A stretch of 64,000 nucleotides of DNA from Auanema rhodensis. Its lineage: Eukaryota; Animalia; Nematoda. The notes beneath the pieces are model-generated. The model did no database searches, was not told the DNA's origin, and worked only from the letters and a program-made list of their open reading frames with translations. A program made the position numbers and the translations under genes. The stretch's first letter is position 1; each line of letters opens with the position of its first letter. The stretch spans positions 10,540,001-10,604,000 of the forward strand of contig OZ059898.1 in the NCBI GenBank assembly GCA_964057225.1, given 5' to 3'. Below, piece by piece: positions 49,259-62,245 of the stretch.

Positions 49259-51669
49259 ACTTCATTTTTATAAAAAAATATCATTTATATTTTATAAAGA
49301 CTGTTTTAGTTCAACAGTTTTACTCGCTTTAACAGTTTTACTTTACTGTTTTTGGAATTTCAAGTATTATAATCAAATAAGTAAACAAGAAGTGTTTCTC
49401 TTTGATTTTTTTTCTTTGTTTAATCTTAATCATGGAAACTTTTAATAAAAACTGTTACCATATTTTAGCCGACAATCATTAAATAGTAGAGAGAGCTAAA
49501 CTTTAATTTTTTTCTAATACTTACAATTGTCTTCAAATCGTTCAACAGTTTTACTCGCTTGAATAGTTTTACTTTACTTTTGTTGGAATTTCAAGTGTTA
49601 TAATCAAATTAGAAAACAAGAAGTGTTTCTCTTTGATTTTTTTTCTTTGTTTAATCTTAATCATGGAAACTTTTAATAAAAACTGTTACCATATTTTAGC
49701 CGACAATCAGTTAATAGTAGAGAGAGCTAAACTTTAATTTTTTTCTTCAACTTACAATTGTCTTCAAATCGTTCAACAGTCTTGCTCGCTTGAATAGTTT
49801 TACTTTACTTTTGTTGGAATTTCAACTGTTATAATCAAATTAGAAAACAAGAAGTGTTTCTCTTTGATTTTTTTTCTTTGTTTAATCTTAATCATGGAAA
49901 CTTTCAATAAAAACTGTTACCTTATTTTAGCCGATAATCAGTTAATAGTACAGATAGCTAAACTTTAATTTTTTTCTTCAACTTACAATTGTCTTCAAAT
50001 CGTTCAACAGTTTTACTCGCTTGAATAGTTTTACTTTACTTTTGTTGGAATTTCAAGTGTTATAATCAAATTAGAAAACAAGAAGTGTTTCTCTTTGATT
50101 TTTTTTCTTTGTTTAATCTCAATCATGGAAACTTTTAATAAAAACTGTTATCATATTTTAGCCGACAATCATTAAATAGTAGAGAGAGCTAAACTTTAAT
50201 TTTTTTCTAATACTTACAATTCTCTTCAAATCGTTAAACTGTTTTTGTCGCTTTCTCAATTTTATTCTACTGTTTTTGGAATTTCAAGTATTATAATCAA
50301 ATAAGTAAACAAGAAGTGTTTCTCTTTGATTTTTTTTCTTTGTTTAATCTTAATCATGGAAACTTTTAATAAAAACTGTTACCATATTTTAGCCGATAAT
50401 CAGTTAATAGTAGAGATAGCTAAACTTTAATTTTTTTCTTCAACTTACAATTGTCTTCAAATCGTTCAACAGTTTTACTCGCTTGAATAGTTTTACTTTA
50501 CTTTTGTTGGAATTTCAAGTGTTATAATCAAATTAGAAAACAAGAAGTGTTTCTCTTTGATTTTTTTTCTTTGTTTAATCTCAATCATGGAAACTTTTAA
50601 TAAAAACTGTTATCATATTTTAGCCGACAATCATTAAATAGTAGAGAGAGCTAAACTTTAATTTTTTTCTAATACTTACAATTCTCTTCAAATCGTTAAA
50701 CTGTTTTTGTCGCTTTCTCAATTTTATTCTACTGTTTTTGGAATTTCAAGTATTATAATCAAATAAGTAAACAAGAAGTGTTTCTCTTTGATTTTTTTTC
50801 TTTGTTTAATCTTAATCATGGAAACTTTCAATAAAAACTGTTACCTTATTTTAGCCGATAATCAGTTAATAGTACAGATAGCTAAACTTTAATTTTTTTC
50901 TTCAACTTACAATTGTCTTCAAATCGTTCAACAGTTTTACTCGCTTGAATAGTTTTACTTTACTTTTGTTGGAATTTCAAGTGTTATAATCAAATTAGAA
51001 AACAAGAAGTGTTTCTCTTTGATTTTTTTTCTTTGTTTAATCTCAATCATGGAAACTTTTAATAAAAACTGTTATCATATTTTAGCCGACAATCATTAAA
51101 TAGTAGAGAGAGCTAAACTTTAATTTTTTTCTAATACTTACAATTCTCTTCAAATCGTTAAACTGTTTTTGTCGCTTTCTCAATTTTATTCTACTGTTTT
51201 TGGAATTTCAAGTATTATAATCAAATAAGTAAACAAGAAGTGTTTCTCTTTGATTTTTTTTCTTTGTTTAATCTTAATCATGGAAACTTTTAATAAAAAC
51301 TGTTACCATATTTTAGCCGACAATCATTAAATAGTAGAGAGAGCTAAACTTTATTTTTTTTCTAATACTTACAATTCTCTTCAAATCGTTCAACTGTTTT
51401 TGTCGCTTTCTCAATTTTATTCTACTGTTTTTGGAATTTCAAGTATTATAATCAAATAAGTAAACAAGAAGTGTTTCTCTTTGATTTTTTTTCTTTGTTT
51501 AATCTTAATCATGGAAACTTTCAATAAAAACTGTTACCTTATTTTAGCCGATAATCAGTTAATAGTAGAGATAGCTGAACTTTAATTCTTTTCTAAAACT
51601 TACAATTCTCTTCAAATCAGTAGAACTTGACTTTTCATAATTTTTCGGAAACAATCTAACATTTTCGAA

Positions 51670-51740
51670 GCATCGGTGGTTCAGTGGTAGAATGCTCGCC
51701 TGCCACGCGGGCGACCCGGGTTCGATTCCCGGCCGATGCA
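51670..51740 (+). tRNA. trnG-GCC: tRNA-Gly(GCC)
   Basis: Majority sequence. Confidence 0.95.
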
Positions 51741-52994
51741 ACTTCATTTTTATAAAAAAATATCATTTATATTTTATAAAGACTGTTTTAGTTCAACAGT
51801 TTCACTCGCTTTAACAGTTTTACTTTACTTTTGTTGGAATTTCAAGTGTTATAATCAAATTAGGAAACAAGAAGTGTTTCTCTTTGATTTTTTTTTTGTT
51901 TAATCTTAATCATGGAAACTTTTAATAAAAACTGTTACCATATTTTAGCCGACAATCAGTTAATAGTAGAGAGAGCTAAACTTTATTTTTTTTCTTAAAC
52001 TTACAATTGTCTTCAAATCGCTCAACTTTTTTCGTCGCTTTCTCTATTTTATTCTACTGTTTTTGGAATTTCAAGTATTATAATCAAATAAGTAAACAAG
52101 AAGTGTTTATCTTTGATTTTTTTTCTTTGTTTAATCTTAATCATGGAAACTTTCAATAAAAACTGTTACCTTATTTTAGCCGATAATCAGTTAATAGTAG
52201 AGATAGCTGAACTTTAATTCTTTTCTAAAACTTACAATTCTCTTCAAATCGTTCAACAGTCTTGCTCGCTTGAATAGTTTTACTTTACTTTTGTTGGAAT
52301 TTCAACTGTTATAATCAAATTAGAAAACAAGAAGTGTTTCTCTTTGATTTTTTTTCTTTGTTTAATCTTAGTCATGGAAACTTTTAATAAAAACTGTTAC
52401 CATATTTTAGCCGACAATCAGTTAATAGTAGAGAGAGCTAAACTTTAATTTTTTTCTTCAACTTACAATTGTCTTCAAATCGTTCAACAGTTTTACTCGC
52501 TTGAATAGTTTTACTTTACTTTTGTTGGAATTTCAAGTGTTATAATCAAATTAGAAAACAAGAAGTGTTTCTCTTTGATTTTTTTTCTTTGTTTAATCTT
52601 AATCATGGAAACTTTTAATAAAAACTGTTACCATATTTTAGCCGACAATCAGTTAATAGTAGAGAGAGCTAAACTTTATTTTTTTTCTTAAACTTACAAT
52701 TGTCTTCAAATCGCTCAACTTTTTTCGTCGCTTTCTCTATTTTATTCTACTGTTTTTGGAATTTCAAGTATTATAATCAAATAAGTAAACAAGAAGTGTT
52801 TCTCTTTGATTTATTTTCTTTGTTTAATCTTAATCATGGAAACTTTCAATAAAAACTGTTACCTTATTTTAGCCGATAATCAGTTAATAGTAGAGATAGC
52901 TGAACTTTAATTCTTTTCTAAAACTTACAATTCTCTTCTAATCAGTAGAACTTGACTTTTCATAATTTTTCGGAAACAATCTAACATTTTCGAA

Positions 52995-53065
52995 GCATCG
53001 GTGATTCAGTGGTAGAATGCTCGCCTGCCACGCGGGCGACCCGGGTTCGATTCCTGGCCGATGCA
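52995..53065 (+). tRNA. trnG-GCC: tRNA-Gly(GCC), G10A+C63T variant
   Basis: Same as 33560. Confidence 0.85.
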
Positions 53066-54783
53066 ACTTCATTTTTATAAAAAAATATCATTTATATTTT
53101 ATAAAGACTGTTTTAGTTCAACAGTTTTACTCGCTTTAACAGTTTTACTTTACTTTTGTTGGAATTTCAAGTGTTATAATCAAATTAGGAAACAAGAAGT
53201 GTTTCTCTTTGATTTTTTTTCTTTGTTTAATCTTAATCATGGAAACTTTTAATAAAAACTGTTACCATATTTTAGCCGACAATCAGTTAATAGTAGAGAG
53301 AGCTAAACTTTATTTTTTTTCTTAAACTTACAATTGTCTTCAAATCGCTCAACTTTTTTCGTCGCTTTCTCTATTTTATTCTACTGTTTTTGGAATTTCA
53401 AGTATTATAATCAAATAAGTAAACAAGAAGTGTTTCTCTTTGATTTTTTTTCTTTGTTTAATCTTAATCATGGAAACTTTCAATAAAAACTGTTACCTTA
53501 TTTTAGCCGATAATCAGTTAATAGTAGAGATAGGTGAACTTTAATTCTTTTCTAAAACTTACAATTGTCTTCAAATCGTTCAACAGTCTTGCTCGCTTGA
53601 ATAGTTTTACTTTACTTTTGTTGGAATTTCAACTGTTATAATCAAATTAGAAAACAAGAAGTGTTTCTCTTTGATTTTTTTTCTTTGTTTAATCTTAGTC
53701 ATGGAAACTTTTAATAAAAACTGTTACCATATTTTAGCCGACAATCAGTTAATAGTAGAGAGAGCTAAACTTTAATTTTTTTCTTCAACTTACAATTGTC
53801 TTCAAATCGTTCAACAGTTTTACTCGCTTGAATAGTTTTACTTTACTTTTGTTGGAATTTCAAGTGTTATAATCAAATTAGAAAACAAGAAGTGTTTCTC
53901 TTTGATTTTTTTTCTTTGTTTAATCTTAATCATGGAAACTTTTAATAAAAACTGTTACCATATTTTAGCCGACAATCAGTTAATAGTAGAGAGAGCTAAA
54001 CTTTATTTTTTTTCTTAAACTTACAATTGTCTTCAAATCGCTCAACTTTTTTCGTCGCTTTCTCTATTTTATTCTACTGTTTTTGGAATTTCAAGTATTA
54101 TAATCAAATAAGTAAACAAGAAGTGTTTCTCTTTGATTTTTTTTCTTTGTTTAATCTTAATCATGGACACTTTCAATAAAAACTGTTACCTTATTTTAGC
54201 CGATAATCAGTTAATAGTAGAGATAGCTGAACTTTAATTCTTTTCTAAAACTTACAATTCTCTTCAAATCGTTCAACAGTTTTACTCGCTTGAATAGTTT
54301 TACTTTACTTTTGTTGGAATTTCAAGTGTTATAATCAAATTAGAAAACAAGAAGTGTTTCTCTTTGATTTTTTTTCTTTGTTTAATCTTAATCATGGAAA
54401 CTTTTAATAAAAACTGTTACCATATTTTAGCCGACAATCAGTTAATAGTAGAGAGAGCTAAACTTTAATTTTTTTCTTCAACTTACAATTGTCTTCAAAT
54501 CGTTCAACAGTTTTACTCGCTTGAATAGTTTTACTTTACTTTTGTTGGAATTTCAAGTGTTATAATCAAATTAGAAAACAAGAAGTGTTTCTCTTTGATT
54601 TTTTTTCTTTGTTTAATCTTAATCATGGAAACTTTTAATAAAAACTGTTACCATATTTTAGCCGACAATCAGTTAATAGTAGAGAGAGCTGAACTTTAAT
54701 TCTTTTCTAAAATTTACAATTCTCTTCAAATCAGTAGAACTTGACTTTTCATAATTTTTCGGAAACATTCTAACATTTTCGAA

Positions 54784-54854
54784 GCATCGGTGGTTCAGTG
54801 GTAGAATGCTCGCCTGCCACGCGGGCGACCCGGGTTCGATTCCCGGCCGATGCA
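54784..54854 (+). tRNA. trnG-GCC: tRNA-Gly(GCC)
   Basis: Majority sequence. Confidence 0.95.
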
Positions 54855-56110
54855 ACTTCATTTTTATAAAAAAATATCATTTATATTTTATAAAGACTGT
54901 TTTAGTTCAACAGTTTTACTCGCTTTAACAGTTTTACTTTACTGTTTTTGGAATTTCAAGTATTATAATCAAATAAGTAAACAAGAAGTGTTTCTCTTTG
55001 ATTTTTTTTCTTTGTTTAATCTTAATCATGGAAACTTTTAATAAAAACTGTTACCATATTTTAGCCGACAATCATTAAATAGTAGAGAGAGCTAAACTTT
55101 AATTTTTTTCTAATACTTACAATTGTCTTCAAATCGTTCAACAGTTTTACTCGCTTGAATAGTTTTACTTTACTTTTGTTGGAATTTCAAGTGTTATAAT
55201 CAAATTAGAAAACAAGAAGTGTTTCTCTTTGATTTTTTTTCTTTGTTTAATCTTAATCATGGAAACTTTTAATAAAAACTGTTACCATATTTTAGCCGAC
55301 AATCAGTTAATAGTAGAGAGAGCTAAACTTTAATTTTTTTCTTCAACTTACAATTGTCTTCAAATCGTTCAACAGTCTTGCTCGCTTGAATAGTTTTACT
55401 TTACTTTTGTTGGAATTTCAACTGTTATAATCAAATTAGAAAACAAGAAGTGTTTCTCTTTGATTTTTTTTCTTTGTTTAATCTTAGTCATGGAAACTTT
55501 TAATAAAAACTGTTATCATATTTTAGCCGACAATCAGTTAATAGTAGAGAGAGCTAAACTTTAATTTTTTTCTTCAACTTACAATTGTCTTCAAATCGTT
55601 CAACAGTTTTACTCGCTTGAATAGTTTTACTTTACTTTTGTTGGAATTTCAAGTGTTATAATCAAATTAGAAAACAAGAAGTGTTTCTCTTTGATTTTTT
55701 TTCTTTGTTTAATCTTAATCATGGAAACTTTTAATAAAAACTGTTATCATATTTTAGCCGACATTCAGTTAATAGTAGAGAGAGCTAAACTTTAATTTTT
55801 TTCTTCAACTTACAATTGTCTTCAAATCGTTCAACAGTTTTACTCGCTTGAATAGTTTTACTTTACTTTTGTTGGAATTTCAAGTGTTATAATCAAATTA
55901 GAAAACAAGAAGTGTTTCTCTTTGATTTTTTTTCTTTGTTTAATCTTAATCATGAAAACTTTTGATAAAAACTGTTACCATATTTTAGCCGATAATCAGT
56001 TAATAGTAGAGAGAGCTAAACTTTATTTTTTTTCTTAAACTTACAATTGTCTTCAAATCAGTAGAACTTGACTTTTCATAATTTTTCGGAAACAATCTAA
56101 CATTTTCGAA

Positions 56111-56181
56111 GCATCGGTGGTTCAGTGGTAGAATGCTCGCCTGCCACGCGGGCGACCCGGGTTCGATTCCCGGCCGATGCA
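56111..56181 (+). tRNA. trnG-GCC: tRNA-Gly(GCC)
   Basis: Majority sequence. Confidence 0.95.
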
Positions 56182-57206
56182 ACTTCATTTTTATAAAAAA
56201 ATATCATTTATATTTTATAAAGACTGTTTTAGTTCAACAGTTTTACTCGCTTTAACAGTTTTACTTTACTTTTGTTGGAATTTCAAGTGTTATAATCAAA
56301 TTAGGAAACAAGAAGTGTTTCTCTTTGATTTTTTTTCTTTGTTTAATCTTAGTCATGGAAACTTTTAATAAAAACTGTTACCATATTTTAGCCGACAATC
56401 AGTTAATAGTAGAGAGAGCTAAACTTTAATTTTTTTCTTCAACTTACAATTGTCTTCAAATCGTTCAACAGTCTTGCTCGCTTGAATAGTTTTACTTTAC
56501 TTTTGTTGGAATTTCAACTGTTATAATCAAATTAGAAAACAAGAAGTGTTTCTCTTTGATTTTTTTTCTTTGTTTAATCTTAATCATGGAAACTTTTAAT
56601 AAAAACTGTTACCATATTTTAGCCGACAATCATTAAATAGTAGAGAGAGCTAAACTTTAATTTTTTTCTAATACTTACAATTCTCTTCAAATCGTTCAAC
56701 TGTTTTTGTCGCTTTCTCAATTTTATTCTACTGTTTTTGGAATTTCAAGTATTATAATCAAATAAGTAAACAAGAAGTGTTTCTCTTTGATTTTTTTTCT
56801 TTGTTTAATCTTAATCATGGAAACTTTTAATAAAAACTGTTACCATATTTTAGCCGACAATCATTAAATAGTAGAGAGAGCTAAACTTTAATTTTTTTCT
56901 AATACTTACAATTCTCTTCAAATCGTTCAACTGTTTTTGTCGCTTTCTCAATTTTATTCTAGTGTTTTTGGAATTTCAAGTATTATAATCAAATAAGTAA
57001 ACAAGAAGTGTTTCTCTTTGATTTATTTTCTTTGTTTAATCTTAATCATGGAAACTTTCAATAAAAACTGTTACCTTATTTTAGCCGATAATCAGTTAAT
57101 AGTAGAGATAGCTGAACTTTAATTCTTTTCTAAAACTTACAATTCTCTTCAAATCAGTAGAACTTGACTTTTCATAATTTTTCGGAAACAATCTAACATT
57201 TTCGAA

Positions 57207-57277
57207 GCATCGGTGGTTCAGTGGTAGAATGCTCGCCTGCCACGCGGGCGACCCGGGTTCGATTCCCGGCCGATGCA
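57207..57277 (+). tRNA. trnG-GCC: tRNA-Gly(GCC)
   Basis: Majority sequence. Confidence 0.95.
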
Positions 57278-57837
57278 ACTTCATTTTTATAAAAAAATAT
57301 CATTTATATTTTATAAAGACTGTTTTAGTTCAACAGTTTCACTCGCTTTAACAGTTTTACTTTACTTTTGTTGGAATTTCAAGTGTTATAATCAAATTAG
57401 GAAACAAGAAGTGTTTCTCTTTGATTTTTTTTTGTTTAATCTTAATCATGGAAACTTTTAATAAAAACTGTTACCATATTTTAGCCGACAATCAGTTAAT
57501 AGTAGAGAGAGCTAAACTTTATTTTTTTTCTTAAACTTACAATTGTCTTCAAATCGCTCAACTTTTTTCGTCGCTTTCTCTATTTTATTCTACTGTTTTT
57601 GGAATTTCAAGTATTATAATCAAATAAGTAAACAAGAAGTGTTTCTCTTTGATTTTTTTTCTTTGTTTAATCTTAATCATGGAAACTTTCAATAAAAACT
57701 GTTACCTTATTTTAGCCGATAATCAGTTAATAGTAGAGATAGCTGAACTTTAATTCTTTTCTAAAACTTACAATTCTCTTCAAATCAGTAGAACTTGACT
57801 TTTCATAATTTTTCGGAAACAATCTAACATTTTCGAA

Positions 57838-57908
57838 GCATCGGTGGTTCAGTGGTAGAATGCTCGCCTGCCACGCGGGCGACCCGGGTTCGATTCCCGG
57901 CCGATGCA
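57838..57908 (+). tRNA. trnG-GCC: tRNA-Gly(GCC)
   Basis: Majority sequence. Confidence 0.95.
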
Positions 57909-59163
57909 ACTTCATTTTTATAAAAAAATATCATTTATATTTTATAAAGACTGTTTTAGTTCAACAGTTTTACTCGCTTTAACAGTTTTACTTTACTTTT
58001 GTTGGAATTTCAAGTGTTATAATCAAATTAGGAAACAAGAAGTGTTTCTCTTTGATTTTTTTTCTTTGTTTAATCTTAATCATGGAAACTTTCAATAAAA
58101 ACTGTTACCTTATTTTAGCCGATAATCAGTTAATAGTACAGATAGCTAAACTTTAATTTTTTTCTTCAACTTACAATTGTCTTCAAATCGTTCAACAGTT
58201 TTACTCGCTTGAATAGTTTTACTTTACTTTTGTTGGAATTTCAAGTGTTATAATCAAATTAGAAAACAAGAAGTGTTTCTCTTTGATTTTTTTTCTTTGT
58301 TTAATCTCAATCATGGAAACTTTTAATAAAAACTGTTATCATATTTTAGCCGACAATCATTAAATAGTAGAGAGAGCTAAACTTTAATTTTTTTCTAATA
58401 CTTACAATTCTCTTCAAATCGTTCAACTGTTTTTGTCGCTTTCTCAATTTTATTCTACTGTTTTTGGAATTTCAAGTATTATAATCAAATACGTAAACAA
58501 GAAGTGTTTCTCTTTGATTTTTTTCTTTGTTTAATCTTAATCATGGAAACTTTTAATAAAAACTGTTACCATATTTTAGCCGACAATCATTAAATAGTAG
58601 AGAGAGCTAAACTTTATTTTTTTTCTAATACTTACAATTCTCTTCAAATCGTTCAACTGTTTTTGTCGCTTTCTCAATTTTATTCTACTGTTTTTGGAAT
58701 TTCAAGTATTATAATCAAATAAGTAAACAAGAAGTGTTTCTCTTTGATTTTTTTTCTTTGTTTAATCTTAATCATGGAAACTTTTAATAAAAACTGTTAC
58801 CATATTTTAGCCGACAATCATTAAATAGTAGAGAGAGCTAAACTTTAATTTTTTTCTAATACTTACAATTCTCTTCAAATCGTTCAACTGTTTTTGTCGC
58901 TTTCTCAATTTTATTCTAGTGTTTTTGGAATTTCAAGTATTATAATCAAATAAGTAAACAAGAAGTGTTTCTCTTTGATTTATTTACTTTGTTTAATCTT
59001 AATCATGGAAACTTTCAATAAAAACTGTTACCTTATTTTAGCCGATAATCAGTTAATAGTAGAGATAGCTGAACTTTAATTCTTTTCTAAAACTTACAAT
59101 TCTCTTCAAATCAGTAGAACTTGACTTTTCATAATTTTTCGGAAACAATCTAACATTTTCGAA

Positions 59164-59234
59164 GCATCGGTGGTTCAGTGGTAGAATGCTCGCCTGCCAC
59201 GCGGGCGACCCGGGTTCGATTCCCGGCCGATGCA
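59164..59234 (+). tRNA. trnG-GCC: tRNA-Gly(GCC)
   Basis: Majority sequence. Confidence 0.95.
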
Positions 59235-59797
59235 ACTTCATTTTTATAAAAAAATATCATTTATATTTTATAAAGACTGTTTTAGTTCAACAGTTTTACT
59301 CGCTTTAACAGTTTTACTTTACTTTTGTTGGAATTTCAAGTGTTATAATCAAATTAGGAAACAAGAAGTGTTTCTCTTTGATTTTTTTTCTTTGTTTAAT
59401 CTCAATCATGGAAACTTTTAATAAAAACTGTTATCATATTTTAGCCGACAATCATTAAATAGTAGAGAGAGCTAAACTTTAATTTTTTTCTAATACTTAC
59501 AATTCTCTTCAAATCGTTAAACTGTTTTTGTCGCTTTCTCAATTTTATTCTACTGTTTTTGGAATTTCAAGTATTATAATCAAATAAGTAAACAAGAAGT
59601 GTTTCTCTTTGATTTTTTTTCTTTGTTTAATCTTAATCATGGAAACTTTTAATAAAAACTGTTACCTTATTTTAGCCGATAATCAGTTAATAGTAGAGAT
59701 AGCTGAACTTTAATTCTTTTCTAAAACTTACAATTCTCTTCAAATCAGTAGAACTTGACTTTTCATAATTTTTCGGAAACAATCTAACATTTTCGAA

Positions 59798-59865
59798 GCA
59801 TCGGTGGTTCAGTGGTAGAATGCTCGCATACGCTGGCGACCCGGGTTCGATTCCCGGCCGATGCA
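59798..59865 (+). pseudogene. tRNA-Gly pseudogene with destroyed anticodon loop (68 nt)
   Basis: CTCGC-ATAC-GCTGG replaces CTCGC-CTGCCAC-GCGGG; A and B boxes intact. Confidence 0.9.
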
Positions 59866-60659
59866 ACTTCATTTTTAAAAAAAAATATCATTTATATTTT
59901 ATAAAGACTGTTTTAGTTCAACAGTTTTACTCGCTTTAACAGTTTTACTTTACTTTTGTTGGAATTTCAAGTGTTATAATCAAATTAGGAAACAAGAAGT
60001 GTTTCTTTTTGATTCTTTTTTTTGTTTAATCCTAATCATGGAAACTTTTAATAAAAACTATTACCATATTTTAGCCGACAATCATTAAATAGTAGAGAGA
60101 GCTAAACTTTAATTTTTTTCTAATACTTACAATTCTCTTCAAATCGTTCAACTGTTTTTGTCGCTTTCTCAATTTTATTCTACTGTTTTTAAGAATTTCA
60201 AGTATTATAATCAAATAAGTAAACAAGAAGTGTTTCTCTTTGATTTTTTTTCTTTGTTTAATCTTAATTATGGAAACTTTCAATAAAAACTGTTACCTTA
60301 TTTTAGCCGATAATCAGTTAATAGTACAGCTAGCTGAACTTTAATTCTTTTCTAAAACTTACAATTCTCTTCAAATCGTTCAACTGTTTATGTCGCTTTC
60401 TCAATTGTTTTTTACTTTTTTTCGAATTTCAAGTATTATAATCAAATAAGAAAACAAGAAGTGTTTCTTTTTGATTCTTTTTTTTTGTTTAATCCTAATC
60501 ATGGAAACTTTTTATAAAAAATGTTACCATATTTTAGCCGACAATCAGTTAATAGTAGAGAGAACTAATTTTTAATTATTTTCTAAAACTTACAATTCTC
60601 TTCAAATCAGTAGAACTTGCCTTTTCATAATTTTTCGGAAACAATCTAACATTTTCGAA

Positions 60660-60730
60660 GCATCGGTGGTTCAGTGGTAGAATGCTCGCCTGCCACGCGG
60701 GCGACCCGGGTTCGATTCCCGGCCGATGCA
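60660..60730 (+). tRNA. trnG-GCC: tRNA-Gly(GCC)
   Basis: Majority sequence; T4 trailer. Confidence 0.95.
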
Positions 60731-61524
60731 ACTTCACTTTTCTAAAAAAATATCATTTATATTTTATAAAGACTGTTTTAGTTCAACAGTTTTACCCGCT
60801 TTCACAGTTTTATTTTACTTTTGTTGGATTTTCAAGTGTTATAAACAAATTAGTGAACAAGAAGTGTTTCTCTTTGATTTTTTTTCTTTGTTTAATCTTA
60901 ATCATGGAAACTTTTAATAAAAACTGTTACCATATTTTAGCCGACAATCAGTTAATAGTAGAGAGAGCTAAACTTTAATTGTTCTCTAAAACTTACAATT
61001 GTCTTCAAATCGTTCAACAGTTTTACTCGCTTCAACAGTTTTACTTTACTTTTGTTGGAATTTCAAGTATTATAATCAAATTAGGAAACAAGAAGTGTTT
61101 CTTTTTGATTTTTTTTCTTTGTTTAATCTTAATCATGGAAACTTTTAATAAAAACTGTTACCATATTTTAGCCGACAATCAGTTAATAGTAGAGAGAGCT
61201 AAACTTTATTTTTTTTCTTAAACTTACAATTGTCTTCAAATCGCTCAACTTTTTTCGTCGCTTTCTCTATTTTATTCTACTGTTTTTGGAATTTCAAGTA
61301 TTATAATCAAATAAGTAAACAAGAAGTGTTTCTCTTTGATTTTTTTTCTTTGTTTAATCTTAATCATGGAAACTTTCAATAAAAACTGTTACCTTATTTT
61401 AGCCGATAATCAGTTAATAGTAGAGATAGCTGAACTTTAATTCTTTTCTAAAACTTACAATTCTCTTCAAATCAGTAGAACTTGACTTTTCATAATTTTT
61501 CGGAAACAATCTAACATTTTCGAA

Positions 61525-61595
61525 GCATCGGTGGTTCAGTGGTAGAATGCTCGCCTGCCACGCGGGCGACCCGGGTTCGATTCGCGGCCGATGCA
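61525..61595 (+). tRNA. trnG-GCC: tRNA-Gly(GCC), C62G variant, probable pseudogene
   Basis: GTTCGATTCGCGG breaks the G52:C62 T-stem pair. Confidence 0.7.
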
Positions 61596-62184
61596 ACTTC
61601 ATTTTTATAAAAAAATATCATTTATATTTTATAAAGACTGTTTTAGTTCAACAGTTGTACTCGTTTTAACAGTTTTACTTTACTTTTGTTGGAATTTCAA
61701 GTGTTATAATCAAATTAGTAAACAAGAAGTGTTTCTCTTTGATTTTTTTTCTTTGTTTAATCTTAATCACGGAAACTTTCAATAAAAACTGTTACCTTAT
61801 TTTAGCCGTTAATCAGTTAAAAGTAGAGAGAGCTGAACTTTAATTCTTTTCTAAAACTTACAATTCTCTTCAAATCGTTCAACTGTTTATGTTGCTTTCT
61901 CAATTGTTTTTTACTTTTTTTTTGAATTTCAAGTATTATAATCAAGTAAGTAAACAAGAAGTGTTTCTTTTTGATTATAACACTTGAAATTCCAACAAAA
62001 GGCAAAACATTGTTCAATCCTAATCATGGAAACTTTTTATAAGAACTGTTACCATATTTTAGCCGACAATCAGTTAATAGTAGAGAGAACTAATTTTTAA
62101 TTATTTTCTAAAACTTACAATTCTCTTCAAATCAGTAGAACTTGACTTTTCATAGTTTTTCGGAAACAATCTAACATTTTCGAA

Positions 62185-62245
62185 GCATCGGTGGTTCAGT
62201 GGTAGAATGCTCGCCTGCCACGCGGTTCGATTCCCGGCCGATGCA
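62185..62245 (+). pseudogene. tRNA-Gly pseudogene with 10-nt deletion (variable loop and 5' T stem)
   Basis: CACGCGGTTCGA versus CACGCGGGCGACCCGGGTTCGA. Confidence 0.9.

Noticed and set aside
33-61602. Dozens of 61-68 aa ORFs MKLHRPGIEPGSPAWQAS...
   Set aside because: They are the antisense reading of the tRNA-Gly gene plus flank; there is no independent evidence of coding.
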